A stretch of 64,000 nt of DNA from the human T2T-CHM13v2.0 reference genome, Homo sapiens. The notes beneath the pieces are model-generated. The model was not told the DNA's origin, did no database searches, and saw only the letters and a program-made list of their open reading frames with translations. The stretch lies in NCBI RefSeq assembly GCF_009914755.1, contig NC_060943.1. The stretch is one strand, 5' to 3'. Numbering within the stretch: the first letter of the stretch is position 1; each line of letters starts with the position of its first letter. The position numbers and the translations under genes are program-made. Shown one piece after another: positions 1-22,407 of the stretch.

Positions 1-612
1 ACTCCAGTCTGAAGGAGTGCTGACAGTAAGGTGACCAACATTTGGACAGAAGAGGTGAGGGATGGGAGGCTGGAGGCAATACCAAAGGCTCCCCTGCTAT
101 GGGGTGGGGATGGAAGCCCACTGGCGACCGGGTCAGAAGTGAGGGTGCTTGTCACCCAGCAAGCCCGTGACCTTGGGCTCCACTCTCTAGATTGTAACAG
201 GCAGAAACCCAGAGACCCTCTTGGGGTCTTCGGCATCTCTTAGATAGGGACCCGCCGCCCCCCACCGATGACCTAGCTCCCTTCCCTAGAGTTCATGCAG
301 GAGGGCCTGCAGGCAACCTGGCCATCCTGTACTTTGACAGAGGCCCAGCAGTGTTCCACATGATGCTTTAGGGTTTAAACGCATGCACTTGGCTAAACTA
401 GACTGGGGAGGCTGGCAGGGGGAGAGCTAGACTCAGAACGTAGGAGGCTGGGAAAGAATCAAAGGTGTGGCTGACATGTGCGTCAGAGCTGACTGTGTGT
501 CAAGGCTTCTCAGCAGTGAGGCCTCAGGAGAGGATGCTTCATGCACATCTCAGCCCAGGCTCACACAGACCCTCTCTAGTGTGAAAGACAGAGGACAACT
601 GAGTGTTCACTA

Positions 613-933
<321 letters not shown>

Positions 934-1265
934 TCAGCTCGGGGGGGGCCCTGCACCGGGGCCAACAGCTCCTAAGGGCTGACACAAGCTCCTCCCCAGG
1001 TTCAGAGGACAGGCTGCCTCTCCTGTCTTCACTGCAGGAAGCCCAGAGGGCATTTACTACTCCAGGACTCAAGGTCTTCAGGAACACCATCAATACCCCA
1101 TCTGAATGTTGGTCAGAGATGCCAGTGGTTTAATACAAAAAGCAGACAAAGGGATGTCATGATTTCCGTGGCCTGATGGGAATCCAGCCTGCGGTGGAGG
1201 AAGACCCATGTCTGGCCTGCCTAGGTTGAGAGCTGGGCTGATGTGCGATCAGCGTCAGTCAGTGA

Positions 1266-1625
<360 letters not shown>

Positions 1626-1956
1626 TGATCTTGAACTCCTGACCTCAAGTGATCCACCCGCCTCAGCCTCTCAAAGTGCTGAGATTATAGGCGCGAGCTA
1701 CTGCACCTGGCCCAACTTTTTTCAACAGAGGTTTGAAAAAGTGCTACTTTTCATTTCTGCCCTTGTGGTCTGGCACAGCCACAAGCGTGTACCCAGCCTG
1801 GCCAAATTGCGGAGGCAGAGCTGGGTCAGCCCAGCCATCCCCACTAAGCCACCTCAAGATCAGCCGACAGCCACCAAGCTGTAGACAAGTGAGCTTGAAA
1901 AATGCTCACTGTTCTAGGCCTCTGGCCTTGGAGCCATTTGTCACACAGCATTTTCA

Positions 1957-2352
<396 letters not shown>

Positions 2353-2545
2353 TTAAATTAAAGTTAAAAAAGTTAACTTCAGCCTTCACTTCAGGGTGGT
2401 CTCACCTTTCACAAGCAGAACTTGCCCACATAAGAGACATATGATTAGTGCCCACTGTTCCACACCAACCCGTTATTTTACCAAGATACTTATGTTAGCA
2501 ATTCAGTTTCACAACAAAGCACAAAGGCAGGTTCGCTGCACTTAC

Positions 2546-2580
2546 GGTTCTTTGGTTTGACTTCGGAGTCTCTTTTCTTC
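2546..2580 (-). CDS. DNMT1: DNMT1 exon 10 (EEKRLRSQTKE P), 35 nt
   Basis: Acceptor TTTTTTCCCTGCAACTTAG, donor ACC|GTAAGT. Confidence 0.96.
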
Positions 2581-3021
2581 CTAAGTTGCAGGGAAAAAAG
2601 ACAAGTTAATTTTTTCCATTTGGTTTGGATCTTTCTATTAAAGTGTCCTATGGAAATAAAACACCTGAACTGATTCTAGAGTCCACTGGTGGGAGTAAAG
2701 ACTGTCTACCAGTGGGCACAGTAGCTCATGCCTGTAATCTCAGAACTTTGGAAGGCTGAGGTGAGAGGATCACTTGTGCCAGGTGTTCAAGACAGCAATT
2801 TTCTTTTCTTCTTCAGTGGGGTAAGTAGACAGGAAATGAAACTCTTAGAAAGGAGATACTACAACACTGCAGTTTCAGTATTTTTACTTCAAAATTCCTC
2901 TACTACTTGTCATCAGTTAAGTGTTGATAGCCTCACAGAAAGTAACTTTATTATAAATCTCTACTTCCGATATTAAAGGAATGAAATAGGATGGCCCAAT
3001 CTGAAAAGTAGCTCCAACTGA

Positions 3022-3282
<261 letters not shown>

Positions 3283-3570
3283 TGATCCGTCTGCCTTGGT
3301 CTCCCAAAGTGCTGGCATTACAGGCGTGAGCCACCATGCCCAGCCTGAGGCTGCATTTAAAGAACCAGACACATCTTGCCAGAGAATCAGGCAAGTCAAA
3401 TCCAACCCTCAGAAACTCCACATGTGGTAGTCTGTGAAGAGATCGCAAAGGTCAGGAATATTAAGAAACACTTTGCAGCTGGGCACAGTGGCTCACTACT
3501 GTAATCCCAGCACTTTGGGAGGCCGAGATGGGCAGATCACGAGGTCAGGAGATCGAGACCATCCTGGCTA

Positions 3571-4112
<542 letters not shown>

Positions 4113-4281
4113 TTAGGACTGCTTGTTCTGAAACAAATTCGAGGTATGCACTGACTGCAACTGCTGTCTAATTTAACTAGGATCAGGGTAGGAAAGGTGA
4201 TCAATGAAAGACCAGCCTCGGCCGGGCGTGGTGTTTCACCCCTGTAATCCTGGACTTTGGGAGGCTGAGGTGGGTGGATCA

Positions 4282-4560
<279 letters not shown>

Positions 4561-5114
4561 TTATTGTACAGCGGCCGGATGCAGTGGCTCACGCCTGTAA
4601 TCCCAGCACTTTGGGAGGCCGAGGCGGGTGGATCACCTGGGGTCAGGAGTTCGAGACCAGCCTAGCCAACATGGTGAACCCCTGTCTCTACTAAAAGTAC
4701 AAAAAGTTAATTAGCTGGGCGTGGTAGCGGAAGCCTGTAATCCCAGCTACTCGGGAGGCTAAGGCAGGAGAATTTGTTTGAACGCAGGAGACAGAGGTTG
4801 CAGTGAGCCGAGATCACACCACTGCACTGCAGCCTGGGCAAGTAGAACAAAACTCCGTCTCAAAAAACAAAAAAAATTACTGTACATTTTAGTTGATTCC
4901 CCAATGGACAGCCATCCTTTACTAAGCTCCCAAGTAAGGCACTCGTCACCTACCTAAGTTGGTAAGAAACTTCTAGTCATCTTGGTTTTTTTTTGTTTGT
5001 TTGTTTTGTTTGTTTGTTTGTTTGTTTTAAGACCAGTCTCACTTTATCATCCAGGCTGGATTGCAGTGGGACAATCATGGCTCACTGTATCCTCAGCCTC
5101 CTGAGCTCAAGTGA

Positions 5115-5396
<282 letters not shown>

Positions 5397-5494
5397 TAGA
5401 CTCAGATTTTACAAAGAAGATGAGGGACTGGGGAAAGAGCTGGTCTGACTTCAGAGAGGAGAATACAACTTTATGTCTGGATGATGCTAAAGAA

Positions 5495-7157
<1,663 letters not shown>

Positions 7158-7283
7158 CCAAAGTCAAAGGCATTTCGATCACTAGCAAAACCCATCTTGT
7201 TCTTCCACGTTCCCCACCCCCTGTCCCCACGTCCTGGAAGGAAATTGGGACCATATAGGATTAAGGGAGAATTAACAAACTTA

Positions 7284-7526
<243 letters not shown>

Positions 7527-8082
7527 TTAGTATTTGATATGACTTTTACACCTGGTTCGAATGCCAGCTGCCCTCGATTCATTCCTTCCAAGAAAACAGG
7601 AGAATTCTACTTGAATCTAAACGCTAATGATCTGACCCCAAATTCAGATACTTCATAACGATATGGTTGCCATGGAAACACACGATAAAGTTCTTCTTTT
7701 TAAACTTTTTTTTTTTTTTTTGAGATGGAGTCTTGCTCTGTCACTCAGGCTGGAGTGCAGTGGAATGATCTCAGATCACTGCAGCCTCTACCTCCTGGGT
7801 TCAAGCAATCCTTCTGACTCAGCCTCCTGAGTAGCTGGGATTAAAGGCACATTCCACCACGCCCAGCTAAGTTTTGAATTTTTAGTAGAGACGGGGTTTC
7901 GCCATGTTGGTCAGGCTGGTCTTGAACTCCTGACCTCAAGTGATTCGCCCATCTTGGCCTCCCAAAGTGCTGAGATTACAGGCATGAGTCACCGTGTCCG
8001 GCCTTAAACTTTCTGAAAAAGTTTTGTGATCAAGATTACACAACTCGTAGAACAAAAAGAAAGGTATAGTAACTATTCTTAC

Positions 8083-8117
8083 CGTTCTCTGGATGTAACT
8101 CTACGTCTCTTCTCATC
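8083..8117 (-). CDS. DNMT1: DNMT1 exon 8 (DEKRRRVTSRE R), 35 nt
   Basis: Acceptor TTCCCTCCACACAG, donor ACG|GTAAGA. Confidence 0.96.
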
Positions 8118-8486
8118 CTGTGTGGAGGGAAGGAAGAACAAAAAAGATTAGAATACTGGTTTCAAGGGAAGGTCAACACCAAAAGTGTGAGTTGAAATAT
8201 TAACACATTTGACATGGTTAGAGCAAGAGTGGGAAAAGAAGGGGCCTGGGTTTTGGGGAGAAGATCTGAGAAACTCTTACTCTGGTATTAATCCCCACCA
8301 ACCCCAAAACAAAAGCAGGTCCGAGAAGTAGGCAGGCACACTGCCCATCACTAGAGATCGCCTGGTGATACTATGTAAAAGAATCAAAGATTCTCCATCT
8401 TGTGTCAGGAATTTGTTTAATTTATTTGTTAGAGACCAGTCTGGGCAACATGGGAAACCTCATCTCTACAAAAAATACAAAACTTA

Positions 8487-8705
<219 letters not shown>

Positions 8706-9282
8706 TCAGGAGTTCAAGACCAGCCTGGCCAACACAGTGAAATCCCATCTCTACTAAAAATATAAAAATTAGCTGGGTATGATGGCACATGCCTTGTAGT
8801 CTCAGCTACTCAGGAAGCTGAGGATGGAGAGTCACTTGAACCCAGGAGGCGGAGGTTGCAGTGAGCTGAGATCGTGCCACTGCACTCCATCCTGAGTGAA
8901 AGAGTGAGACTCCATCTAAAAAAAATTAAAAACAACAACAACAACAACAAAAAAAACAAATTGGCTGGGCACGGTGGCTCACACCTATAATCCTGGCACT
9001 TTGGGAGGCTGAGGCGGGCAGATTGCCTAAGCTCAAGGAGTTCGAGACCAGCCTGGGCAACATGGGAGACCAGCCTGGGCAACATGGTGAAACCCCATCC
9101 CTACTAAAATACAAAAATTAGCCGGGCGTGGTGGCACGCGCCTGTAGTCCCAGCTACTCGGGAGGCTGAAGCAGGAGAATCACTTGAACCCGGGAGGCTG
9201 AGGTTGCAATGAACCAAGATTGTGCCACAAGAGCAAAACCCTGTCTCAAAAAAAAAAAAAAGTCTCAAAAAAAGAAGTCTAA

Positions 9283-9285
<3 letters not shown>

Positions 9286-9347
<62 letters not shown>

Positions 9348-9348
9348 A
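9286..9348. repeat. (TACA)n(CA)n(TA)n microsatellite
   Basis: Direct inspection. Confidence 0.95.
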
Positions 9349-9384
9349 CATGTATGTATGTAAGACTGCCTTGCCACTTGAGCT

Positions 9385-9645
9385 ATGACATCATTTCTCC
9401 CCTGGACCTCCAGCCTGCCCTGCAGATTTCAAATTTGCTGGCTTTCACAATCTTGTGAGCCAATTTCTCAAAATAAAGTCTCTCCCCATAAATATATATT
9501 CCAACTATGTACCCATAAAAACAAGAAAAAAATCAAACGAATTATATATATATACATACACGTGCATATGTATATATGTACCTATAGCTGTATACACACA
9601 TATACATTCTATTGGTCCTGTCTCTCTGGAGAGCCCTAAATAGAG
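9385..9645 (+). mobile_element. MLT2 (ERVL LTR) 3' fragment with embedded TA/CA repeats
   Basis: GTGAGCCAATTTCTCAAAATAAA and TATTGGTCCTGTCTCTCTGGAGAGCCCT resemble the MLT2 3' end. Confidence 0.7.
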
Positions 9646-9701
9646 CCCTAGACAGGGTTTTTATTTACTTGGACAGAACACATATGAAGTCACAATCATC
9701 A

Positions 9702-9869
<168 letters not shown>

Positions 9870-10158
9870 CTAGGCCTCCAGCTGGCCTGAAGTGGACCCT
9901 CATTCACCAGGATGTTGAAAGAGGCTTCAAGTTTAATGTTTCTCTGAATGACGGGTTTAGAATGTTGTCTTGCCATCTTGTAAGTCCTAAGAAATCACGG
10001 GTCTAAACACCGATCAACAGCTGCTAGTGTCAGAGAAGAGACCTCACACACCTTTCTGATGGAGGGACACAGCACCATCCATAAAGTCAGCCTCAGACCA
10101 GGTGCAGTGGCTCACGCCTATAATCCCAGCACTTTGGGAGTCCAAGGCATGAGGATCA

Positions 10159-10392
<234 letters not shown>

Positions 10393-10921
10393 TCAGTCTC
10401 AAAAAATAAAAAGCTGGAATCTGATCAGTCCTGTAATCCTATCAGTTTATAGGGAACAGAAGGCAAGGGGACCTGTGGAACACCACAAGGATGCAATCGG
10501 CCCAATCTAGGAACTATTGGACAAATGAATTTCTTCAAGTAAATGGCAAGAAGATAAGAGATGAAGGAATTTAAAATCTGTGAGGAATTTTAAGTAAAAT
10601 AGGAGGGAAGGAATCTATAACTTTAAGGAACAAGTCAACCAAACGCTGTCTGTTTGCCACACGGCTTGTTCACCACAAAGGGAAAAACGTAAATACCAAC
10701 TATATATCTGATAGCAGGGAATTCTTACATTTTTATAAAGACATCAGAACAGTATTATACTTTGGTTTGTTAAAAAGACTGTTTTGGCTGGGCACGGTGG
10801 CTCACGCCTGTAACCCCAGCACTTTGGGAGGTTGAAGTGGGCAGATCACCTGAGGTCAGGAGTTTGAGACCAGTCTGGCCAACATAGTGAAACCCCACCT
10901 CTACTAAAAATACAAAAATTA

Positions 10922-11080
<159 letters not shown>

Positions 11081-11401
11081 CTAAATGTTAGCAATTATTG
11101 TAAAATATGAGTAATTTTTTAAAAAGTTGTCAAAAGAGATCTCATTGTCTAGAAATATACTAAACTATATATGGACAAAGTAATCCAGGTGGGGCAGGGA
11201 CACACAATATGGGGGTATAGATGAAACAACGGCTGTAACTTGATAACTGTTGGCACTAGATGATGGGTATTTCAGGGTTCATTATACAAAACTCATGATT
11301 TTGTGTACATTTGAACTTTCCTATATGAGTAAAAACAGGTAACGTTTTCAGAAATGCTATTCATAAATGTCTAGAGAACAGAACCGCAAGATGAAAACCT
11401 A

Positions 11402-11581
<180 letters not shown>

Positions 11582-12360
11582 TTAAAGAAGAAAAAGCATT
11601 AAAAAGAAAAAAAAAAGCCACTATCAATAGAAAGCCCACAGCAATAATGCAGTTCAACATTACTAAGCTATTGCAGGAAGCCAGGTTCTAAGGACTAAGC
11701 ATCTTTGCATTTTTATTCTAGTCAACAACCAGCTTGCTAATGTTGGCAGTTAGCACCTGCCAGTTTGTTGAGCCATATCATGTCAGTTATTTGAGGGGCC
11801 AAATGCTAAAGAAGGCCAGGAAACAGAGCCTCTTGTTAAAATATCAAAAGATGAAGTGGGCCAGGCACAGTGGCTCACATCTATAATACCAAAACTTTGA
11901 GAGGCTGAGGTGGGAAAATAATCCAAGCTCAGGTATTCGAGAACAGCCTGGACAACATGGCAAACCCCCATCTCTACTAAAAATACAAAAAAATTAGCTG
12001 GGCGTGGTGGTACACACCTATAATCCCAGCTATTCAAGAGGCTGAGGCACAAGAATCACTTGAACCCAGGAGATGGGGGTTGCCGTGAGCCAAGATCGCG
12101 CCACTGTACACAGCCTTGGCGACAGAGCAAGACCCTGTCTCTTAAAAAAAAAAAAAAAAGAAAAGAAAGAAAGAAAAAAAAGAAATAGGCCAGGTGCAGT
12201 GGCTCATGCCTGTAATCCCAGCACTTTGGGAGGCAAGACGGGCAGATCACAAGGTCAAGAGATCGAGACCATCCTGGCCAACATGGTGAAACCCCGTCTC
12301 TATTAAAAATACAAAAATTAGCTGGGCGTGGTGGCACGTGCCTGTAGTCCCAGCTCCTCA

Positions 12361-12648
<288 letters not shown>

Positions 12649-12749
12649 TCAAAAAATAAAATAAAAATTAAAAGAAAATAAAATAAGGCTGGGCATGGTG
12701 GCTCACGCCTGTAATCCCAACACTTTGGGAGGCCGAGGCAGGTGGATCA

Positions 12750-13010
<261 letters not shown>

Positions 13011-13148
13011 TCAAGTACTATCCTATTGTTTGTTTTTTAAAAAATTCCAGAAGAGGCTGGGCGCGGTGGCTCACGCCTGTAATCCCAGCACTTTGGGAGG
13101 CCGAGGCGGGCGGATCATGAGGTCAGGAGATCGAAATCATCCTGGCTA

Positions 13149-13365
<217 letters not shown>

Positions 13366-13879
13366 TTAGAGTTCCTTTGCCTAAAACTGGGCAAGAGTCT
13401 GAGAATAAATGTTTAACCAGGCATATAAGGTCTTAGAAGGAGTAAGTATTTGTAGCACTTGTCATCTGCAACCTGTCACACTCATAGCCATGTTTTGGGA
13501 TCTAATGCTGCAACTTGGTCGAAAACAACATTTTTTTTTTTTTGAGACAGTGTCTTACTCTTGTTGCCCAGGCTGGAATTACAGACACCCGCCACCACGT
13601 CTGGCAAATTTTTTGTATTTTCAGTAGAGACAGGGTTTTGCCATGTTGGGCAGGGTGGTCTCGAACTCCTGACCTCAGGTGATCCAGCCACCTTGGCCAC
13701 CCAAAGTGCAGGGATTACAGGCATGAGCCACCACACCCCCAGCTAAGACAAAATTTAAAGACGTACACATCTAAGCTAGTTAGGAAGTGTCCAGTAATTA
13801 CTAGTGAGGATGCGTACAAAAGAAAGGAACCTGGACACACTGACCTGGGGTCCAAGTTTAACTGCCCCCTTATATGCTA

Positions 13880-14194
<315 letters not shown>

Positions 14195-14303
14195 TCATTA
14201 AAAAAAAAAAAAAAAGAAAGAAAGAAAGAGAGTTAAGCAGGGCCAGGCGTGGTGGCTTATGCCTGTAATCCCAGCACTTTGGGAGGCCAAGGCAGGTGGA
14301 TTA

Positions 14304-14528
<225 letters not shown>

Positions 14529-14547
14529 TTAAAAATAAAAGGAATCA

Positions 14548-14778
<231 letters not shown>

Positions 14779-14854
14779 CTACAGCAGGAAAGGATAATTT
14801 AAGTAGCAGTGAATGTAAACAAGTGTCAGAGAACAAGGAAACACATGTGTTTCC

Positions 14855-14856
<2 letters not shown>

Positions 14857-14885
<29 letters not shown>
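14857..14885. repeat. (CAT)n microsatellite, nine full units plus CA, in DNMT1 intron 3
   Basis: Perfect catcatcat run. Confidence 0.95.
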
Positions 14886-14965
14886 GGCAATGAGGACAGC
14901 TGGGGATCTTGCTGCCTCCCTGGTCACAGACAAGTTACTAGGAGGAGACATTTTTCTAGAGGCTA

Positions 14966-15094
<129 letters not shown>

Positions 15095-15778
15095 CTAAGG
15101 GAAGGATATAGGTTTAGCAGTACCCACATTCCCAAGCTATTCACTAGTGGACTAATACACAAATTATTGAGCTGCCTGATCACATCACAATGAGTGAATG
15201 GCAGGCAATGCTGTCTCAGTCAAAACACTAAACAGTCATGAAATGTGTTCAGGGAATTTCCATTAGGATCACTTCACTCCTGTCTCCAAAGTGGTGAAAA
15301 ATGGGAAAGCTGGAGGTGAGATGGAGACATATCATGGTTTATAAGAATAATACTGTGCTTCTGTAAAGTGTCGGCCAGGCACAGTGGCTCACACCTATAA
15401 TCCCAGCACTTTGGGAGGCCGAGGCAAGTGGATTGCTTTGAGCCCCAGAGTTCAAGACCAGCCTGGGGCAACATGACAAAATCCCATCTTTACAAAAAAT
15501 ATTTAAAAATTAGCTGGGCATGGTGGCTTGAGCCTGTAGTTAGAGCTACTCAGGAGGCTGAGTGGGAAAATCACTTGAGCCTGGGAGGCGAAGGTTGCAG
15601 TGAGCCAAAATTGTGCCACTGCACTCCAGCCTGGGCTACAGAATGAGACCCTATCTCAAAACAATAACAAAAACACAATAAAACAGTGTTACCAGGACAA
15701 GTTACAATCCAGAGTAGATTGTTTAGGAACTGAGATTGGTTAAAAAAAAAAAAAACCTGGGCCAGGCATGGTGGCTCA

Positions 15779-16081
<303 letters not shown>

Positions 16082-16249
16082 CTATTAGCAGCAAATTAGT
16101 GCTGACATTTAACAAGAATATCCAAATTATCTTTGAAACTCCATGGGAAAAAATGCAAAATCCATTTAAAGAAAACAAATTTCTTTTTATGAGCCACAAA
16201 GTGTGTCAGTCAGATTTGGTAATAAGAAAAATTTTAAGGTGGAGATTAC

Positions 16250-16286
16250 CTTTTCTGTTAAGCTGTCTCTTTCCAAATCTTTGAGC
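16250..16286 (-). CDS. DNMT1: DNMT1 exon 2 (LKDLERDSLTEK), 37 nt
   Basis: Acceptor TTTCTTCCTCCCAG, donor AAG|GTAATC; continues exon 1 frame (phase 2 to 0). Confidence 0.97.
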
Positions 16287-16559
16287 CTGGGAGGAAGAAA
16301 TAGGGGAGAAAATACAAACACTTGTTAAGCAACTTCATTTGCCTGTAAGAATATCACAGTTCTAAAGAAGTTTTGGACACAAACAAGTTTAACATATGAG
16401 TGTTAGAAAAAACTAAGCTGGCTTTTGTCTCCCCGCAAGAGTCTAGAGTGTCCTACTGGAATGCCTAATGCTAAGAAGTCATCTGATCTGAACAAGGTTC
16501 CCCTTTTGGGGGTCATTTTTCTGATGATTGTGAGATTACATAGCAGCTCTGTAACACAA

Positions 16560-17298
<739 letters not shown>

Positions 17299-18018
17299 TT
17301 TTTTTTTTTTGAGATAGGGTTTTGCTCTTGTTGCCCAGGCTGGAGTGCAATGGTGTGATCTCAGCTCAACCTCCGACTCCCAGGTTCAAGCGATTCTCCT
17401 GGCTCAGCCTCCCGAGTAGCTGGGATTACAGGCATGCACCACCACACCCAGCTAATTTTATATTTTTAGCAGAGACAGGGTTTCTCCGTGTTGGTCAGGC
17501 TGGTTTCGAACTCCCGACCTCAGGCGATCCACCTGCCTCAGCCTCCCAAAGTGCTGGGATTACAGGCATGAGCCATCATGCCCAGCCTGTATATTTTAAA
17601 AGGTACCAGAGACCAGGCATGGTGGCTCACGCTTATAATCCCAGCACTTTGGGAGGCCAAGGCGAGCGGATCACTTGAGCCCAGGCGTTCAGACCAGCCT
17701 GGGAAACATGGCGAAACTCCATCTCTACAAAAATACAAAAATTAGTGGCTGGGCGTGGTGGCTGATGCCTGGAATCCCAACATACAGCAGCAGTTGGGTG
17801 GATTACCTGAGGGCCAAGGTGGGTGGATTACCTGAGGTCAAGGGTTTGAGACCAGCCTGGCCAACATGGCGAAACCCCATCTCTACTAAAAATACAAAAA
17901 TTAGCCAGGCGTGGTGGTGGGTGGCTGTAATCCCAGCAACTTGGGAGGCTGAGGCAGGAGAATCACTTGAACCCGGGAGGCAGAGGTTGCAGTGAGCTGG
18001 TCACACCATTGCACTCTA

Positions 18019-18558
<540 letters not shown>

Positions 18559-19435
18559 TCAGGATGTCTCTAGCTAGTCATTCCTAAATGTAGAACTGCC
18601 AGGAGTTTGCCTGGGAAATCGTGGTCTGATTTGATTACTGACAATTAGTAGCTTGACTCTTTCAGGGACAAAGAGGGAAAAAAATAAAAGAACAATAGCC
18701 GGTGCAGTGCCGCGGTGCTGCGTGCCTGTAACCCCAGCTACTCAGGAGGCTGTGGTGGGAGGATGGCTTGTGGGCAGGAGTTCGAGTCCAGCCTGGACAA
18801 CATAGGGCGATCCTATCTCTTCAGAAAAAAATAAAGGAACAAGAAGAGAAGGTACCAAGGAAAGGGAGAGGAACACAGGCTGTTGTTCCCAGCCTGGGTG
18901 CTAACTACAGACTGCGGGGTGAGAACAGGTCTAACCAGCTGGGTAAGTGTCTGTTGGTGGAGAGAAGGTGCCCCAGGCAGGGACCAGGCCACTGCCATCT
19001 CTGGACCTTTCCACCTAGCACCCGCACAGACAGGTGCTCAGTTATCATTTGCCTGAAGGGCAGAAGTGGCTCCTCCAGGCTGGCCTTCCTAGAGGGTAAG
19101 TGCAGGCAGCAGCATGAGGAATGCTTTGCTGGACCCATGTCTTACAACAGCTGCTCTGGGTCATGCGGGCCCTGATTCCCCACCAGCGCCGCACACATAT
19201 GAGCACCTGCTGAATGCCAGGCCCTGCTCCAGGCAAAGAGCTAAGTGATTAGATGTAGGTGTCACTAGGCAGGGACTTCCTGACTTGCTGTGTGGTTAGG
19301 AAAGACCATTCTGTAGGGCCGGGCACGGTGGCTCACGCCTGTAATCCCAGCACTTTGGAAGGCTGAGGTGGGCGGATCATGAGGTCAGGAGATGGAGACC
19401 ATCCTGGCTAACACAGTGAAACCCCGCCTCTACTA

Positions 19436-19777
<342 letters not shown>

Positions 19778-19855
19778 TCACTTGAGGTCAGGAGTTTGAG
19801 ACCAGCCTGGGCTACACTGAGAGATCCCATCTCTACAAAAAAAATGTAAAAATTA

Positions 19856-20094
<239 letters not shown>

Positions 20095-20683
20095 CTACCC
20101 TTGTAGCAACTGGGGTCCAAGGAGAGCCTTAAGTCAGGAGGGCTACAGAAACTGGTACTTCCAGCCAGAGGCACACACGCTGTGGTAATAGCGTTACACT
20201 TGACTTCTCAGTCACGCCGCTGAGAAAACTGGAAGGACATGGCTTCTACCTCGACCAAGCCAGCCAGTCCCCTGATCCCGAGGTTGCCTGGGGTGTGAAG
20301 GACAAGGTTCAACTGATTGCGGAGACCAAGGTGTCCTTGCAGAATGGGTCTGCTTTCTTTCAACCCCTCATATGAACTGGGATATTTAGCCTGGCAAAGA
20401 GAATAGAGAAACCTTCAAAACCCCTAGAATGTTTCATCCAGTAGAAACTGGATTTAACCTGCCTGGCCCCAGAGTGGCAGGTGGGATCCCAGGCAGGCAG
20501 TGAGGAGCTGGCGGGAGGGTAACTTTAGCGACATCCCTTCCCTGGTAAAACTGTGATGACACCGATCACACCTGCTGAAGCCAGGAGGGTCGCAGACAGC
20601 CGTGAAGGACGGAGCAGAGGACTCAGAATGCCGGCTTAGTGCCCAGCCTGAGACCCTATGATTCCTTCCTAGTGCTTCCCTCA

Positions 20684-20968
<285 letters not shown>

Positions 20969-21493
20969 TCATTGCACTCCAGCCTGGACAACAAGAGTGA
21001 AACTCCGTCTCAAAAAAAAAAAAAAAAAAAAGATATATATAAACAACCACAGAGGAATAAGGCAAATACAGCTCACGCCTGCGGGATTCCCAAGAGAAAG
21101 GGTATAACAGCCTCAGGAAGAAGTTGACAGCTCTGTGTGAACCGGGCACAGGAAGCTGCTCAAACAGGGGCACCATTGAGAAGTGGCTGGTTCTGGAAAC
21201 ACACAAGAAACAAACGTGAGACTGGCCACATACAGGGAGGGAAAGGCACCTCCAGAGAGGTGGCTGGGGACAGTCGGAGGGAGGGCAAAAGCATCACACT
21301 TATCCATCTTGTTCCATAGTTAACAAACACCAAAGCAGTCAAGGGGAAGTAGAACCAATGACATCAGAGCCGTGTTAAGAAAACTAACCCAGCAGAGGTA
21401 TCTAGTATAGATTGGATAGGAAGAAATTATAAAATGTTAGATTACTCTAACACCTCTACGCCAGAAATGCTCGTCTGAAATACAGCAGACCAT

Positions 21494-22310
21494 GGCTGGG
21501 CGCAGTGGCTCATGCCTGTAATCTCTACACTCGGGAAGCCAGGACAGGAAGATCACTTGAGCCCAGGAATTCGAGACTAGCCTGGGCAACAGAGCGAGAC
21601 CCTGTCTCTACAAGAAAGAATAATTAGCTGGCTGTGGTAGCATGCACCTATAGTCTTAGCTACTCGGGAGGCAGAGGCGGGAGGATCACTAGAGCTCAGG
21701 AATTTGTGACCAGCCTGGGCAATACAGTGAGACCCTGTCTCTACGAGAAAACAGTAATTAGCTGGGTATGACAGCACGCACCTGTACTCCTAGCTGCTCA
21801 GGAGGCCGAGGCGGAAGGATCACTAGAGCCCAGGAATTTGAGACCAGCCTGGGCAACACAGCGAGAACCTGTCTCTACAAAAAATAGTAATTAGCTGGGT
21901 GTGGTGGCATGCACCTATAGTCTTAGCTACTCAGGAGGCTGAGGCGGGAGGATCACTAGAGCCCAGGAATTCAAGACCAGCCTGAGCAACACAGCGAGAC
22001 CCTGTCTCTACAAAAAATAGTAATTAGTAATTAGCTGGGTGTGCTAGCATGTGCCTATAGGCCTAGCTACTCGGGAAGCCAAAGCGGGAGGATCAATAGA
22101 GCTCAGGAATTCAAGACCAGCCTGGGCAACACAGCAGAGACCCTGCCTAAACAAAAAATAGTAATTAGCTTGGTGTGGCAGCATGCACCTGTGGTCCTAG
22201 CTACTCAGGAGACTGAGGCAGGAGGATCACTAGAGCCCAGTGAGCTATAATTGTGCCGCTGCATTCCAGCCTGGGTGACACAGCAAGACCTTGTCTCTAA
22301 AAATAAAATA
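21494..22310 (+). repeat. Six-monomer tandem Alu array (AluJ-like)
   Basis: AATTAGCT unit starts at 21622, 21756, 21889, 22029 and 22163; one target-site duplication flanks the whole array. Confidence 0.88.
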
Positions 22311-22407
22311 TAGTGGACCATGCAAGACAAGTTACAAGTCTCTGTCAAACCAGCTTCTTCAGGCCGGCTGCATGGCAGCTGGAGCAGGGCTGCCCAAGAA
22401 GGCATCC

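Noticed and set aside
21494-22310. Regularly spaced repeats as a CRISPR-like array
   Set aside because: Units are contiguous Alu monomers with no unique spacers; eukaryotic DNA
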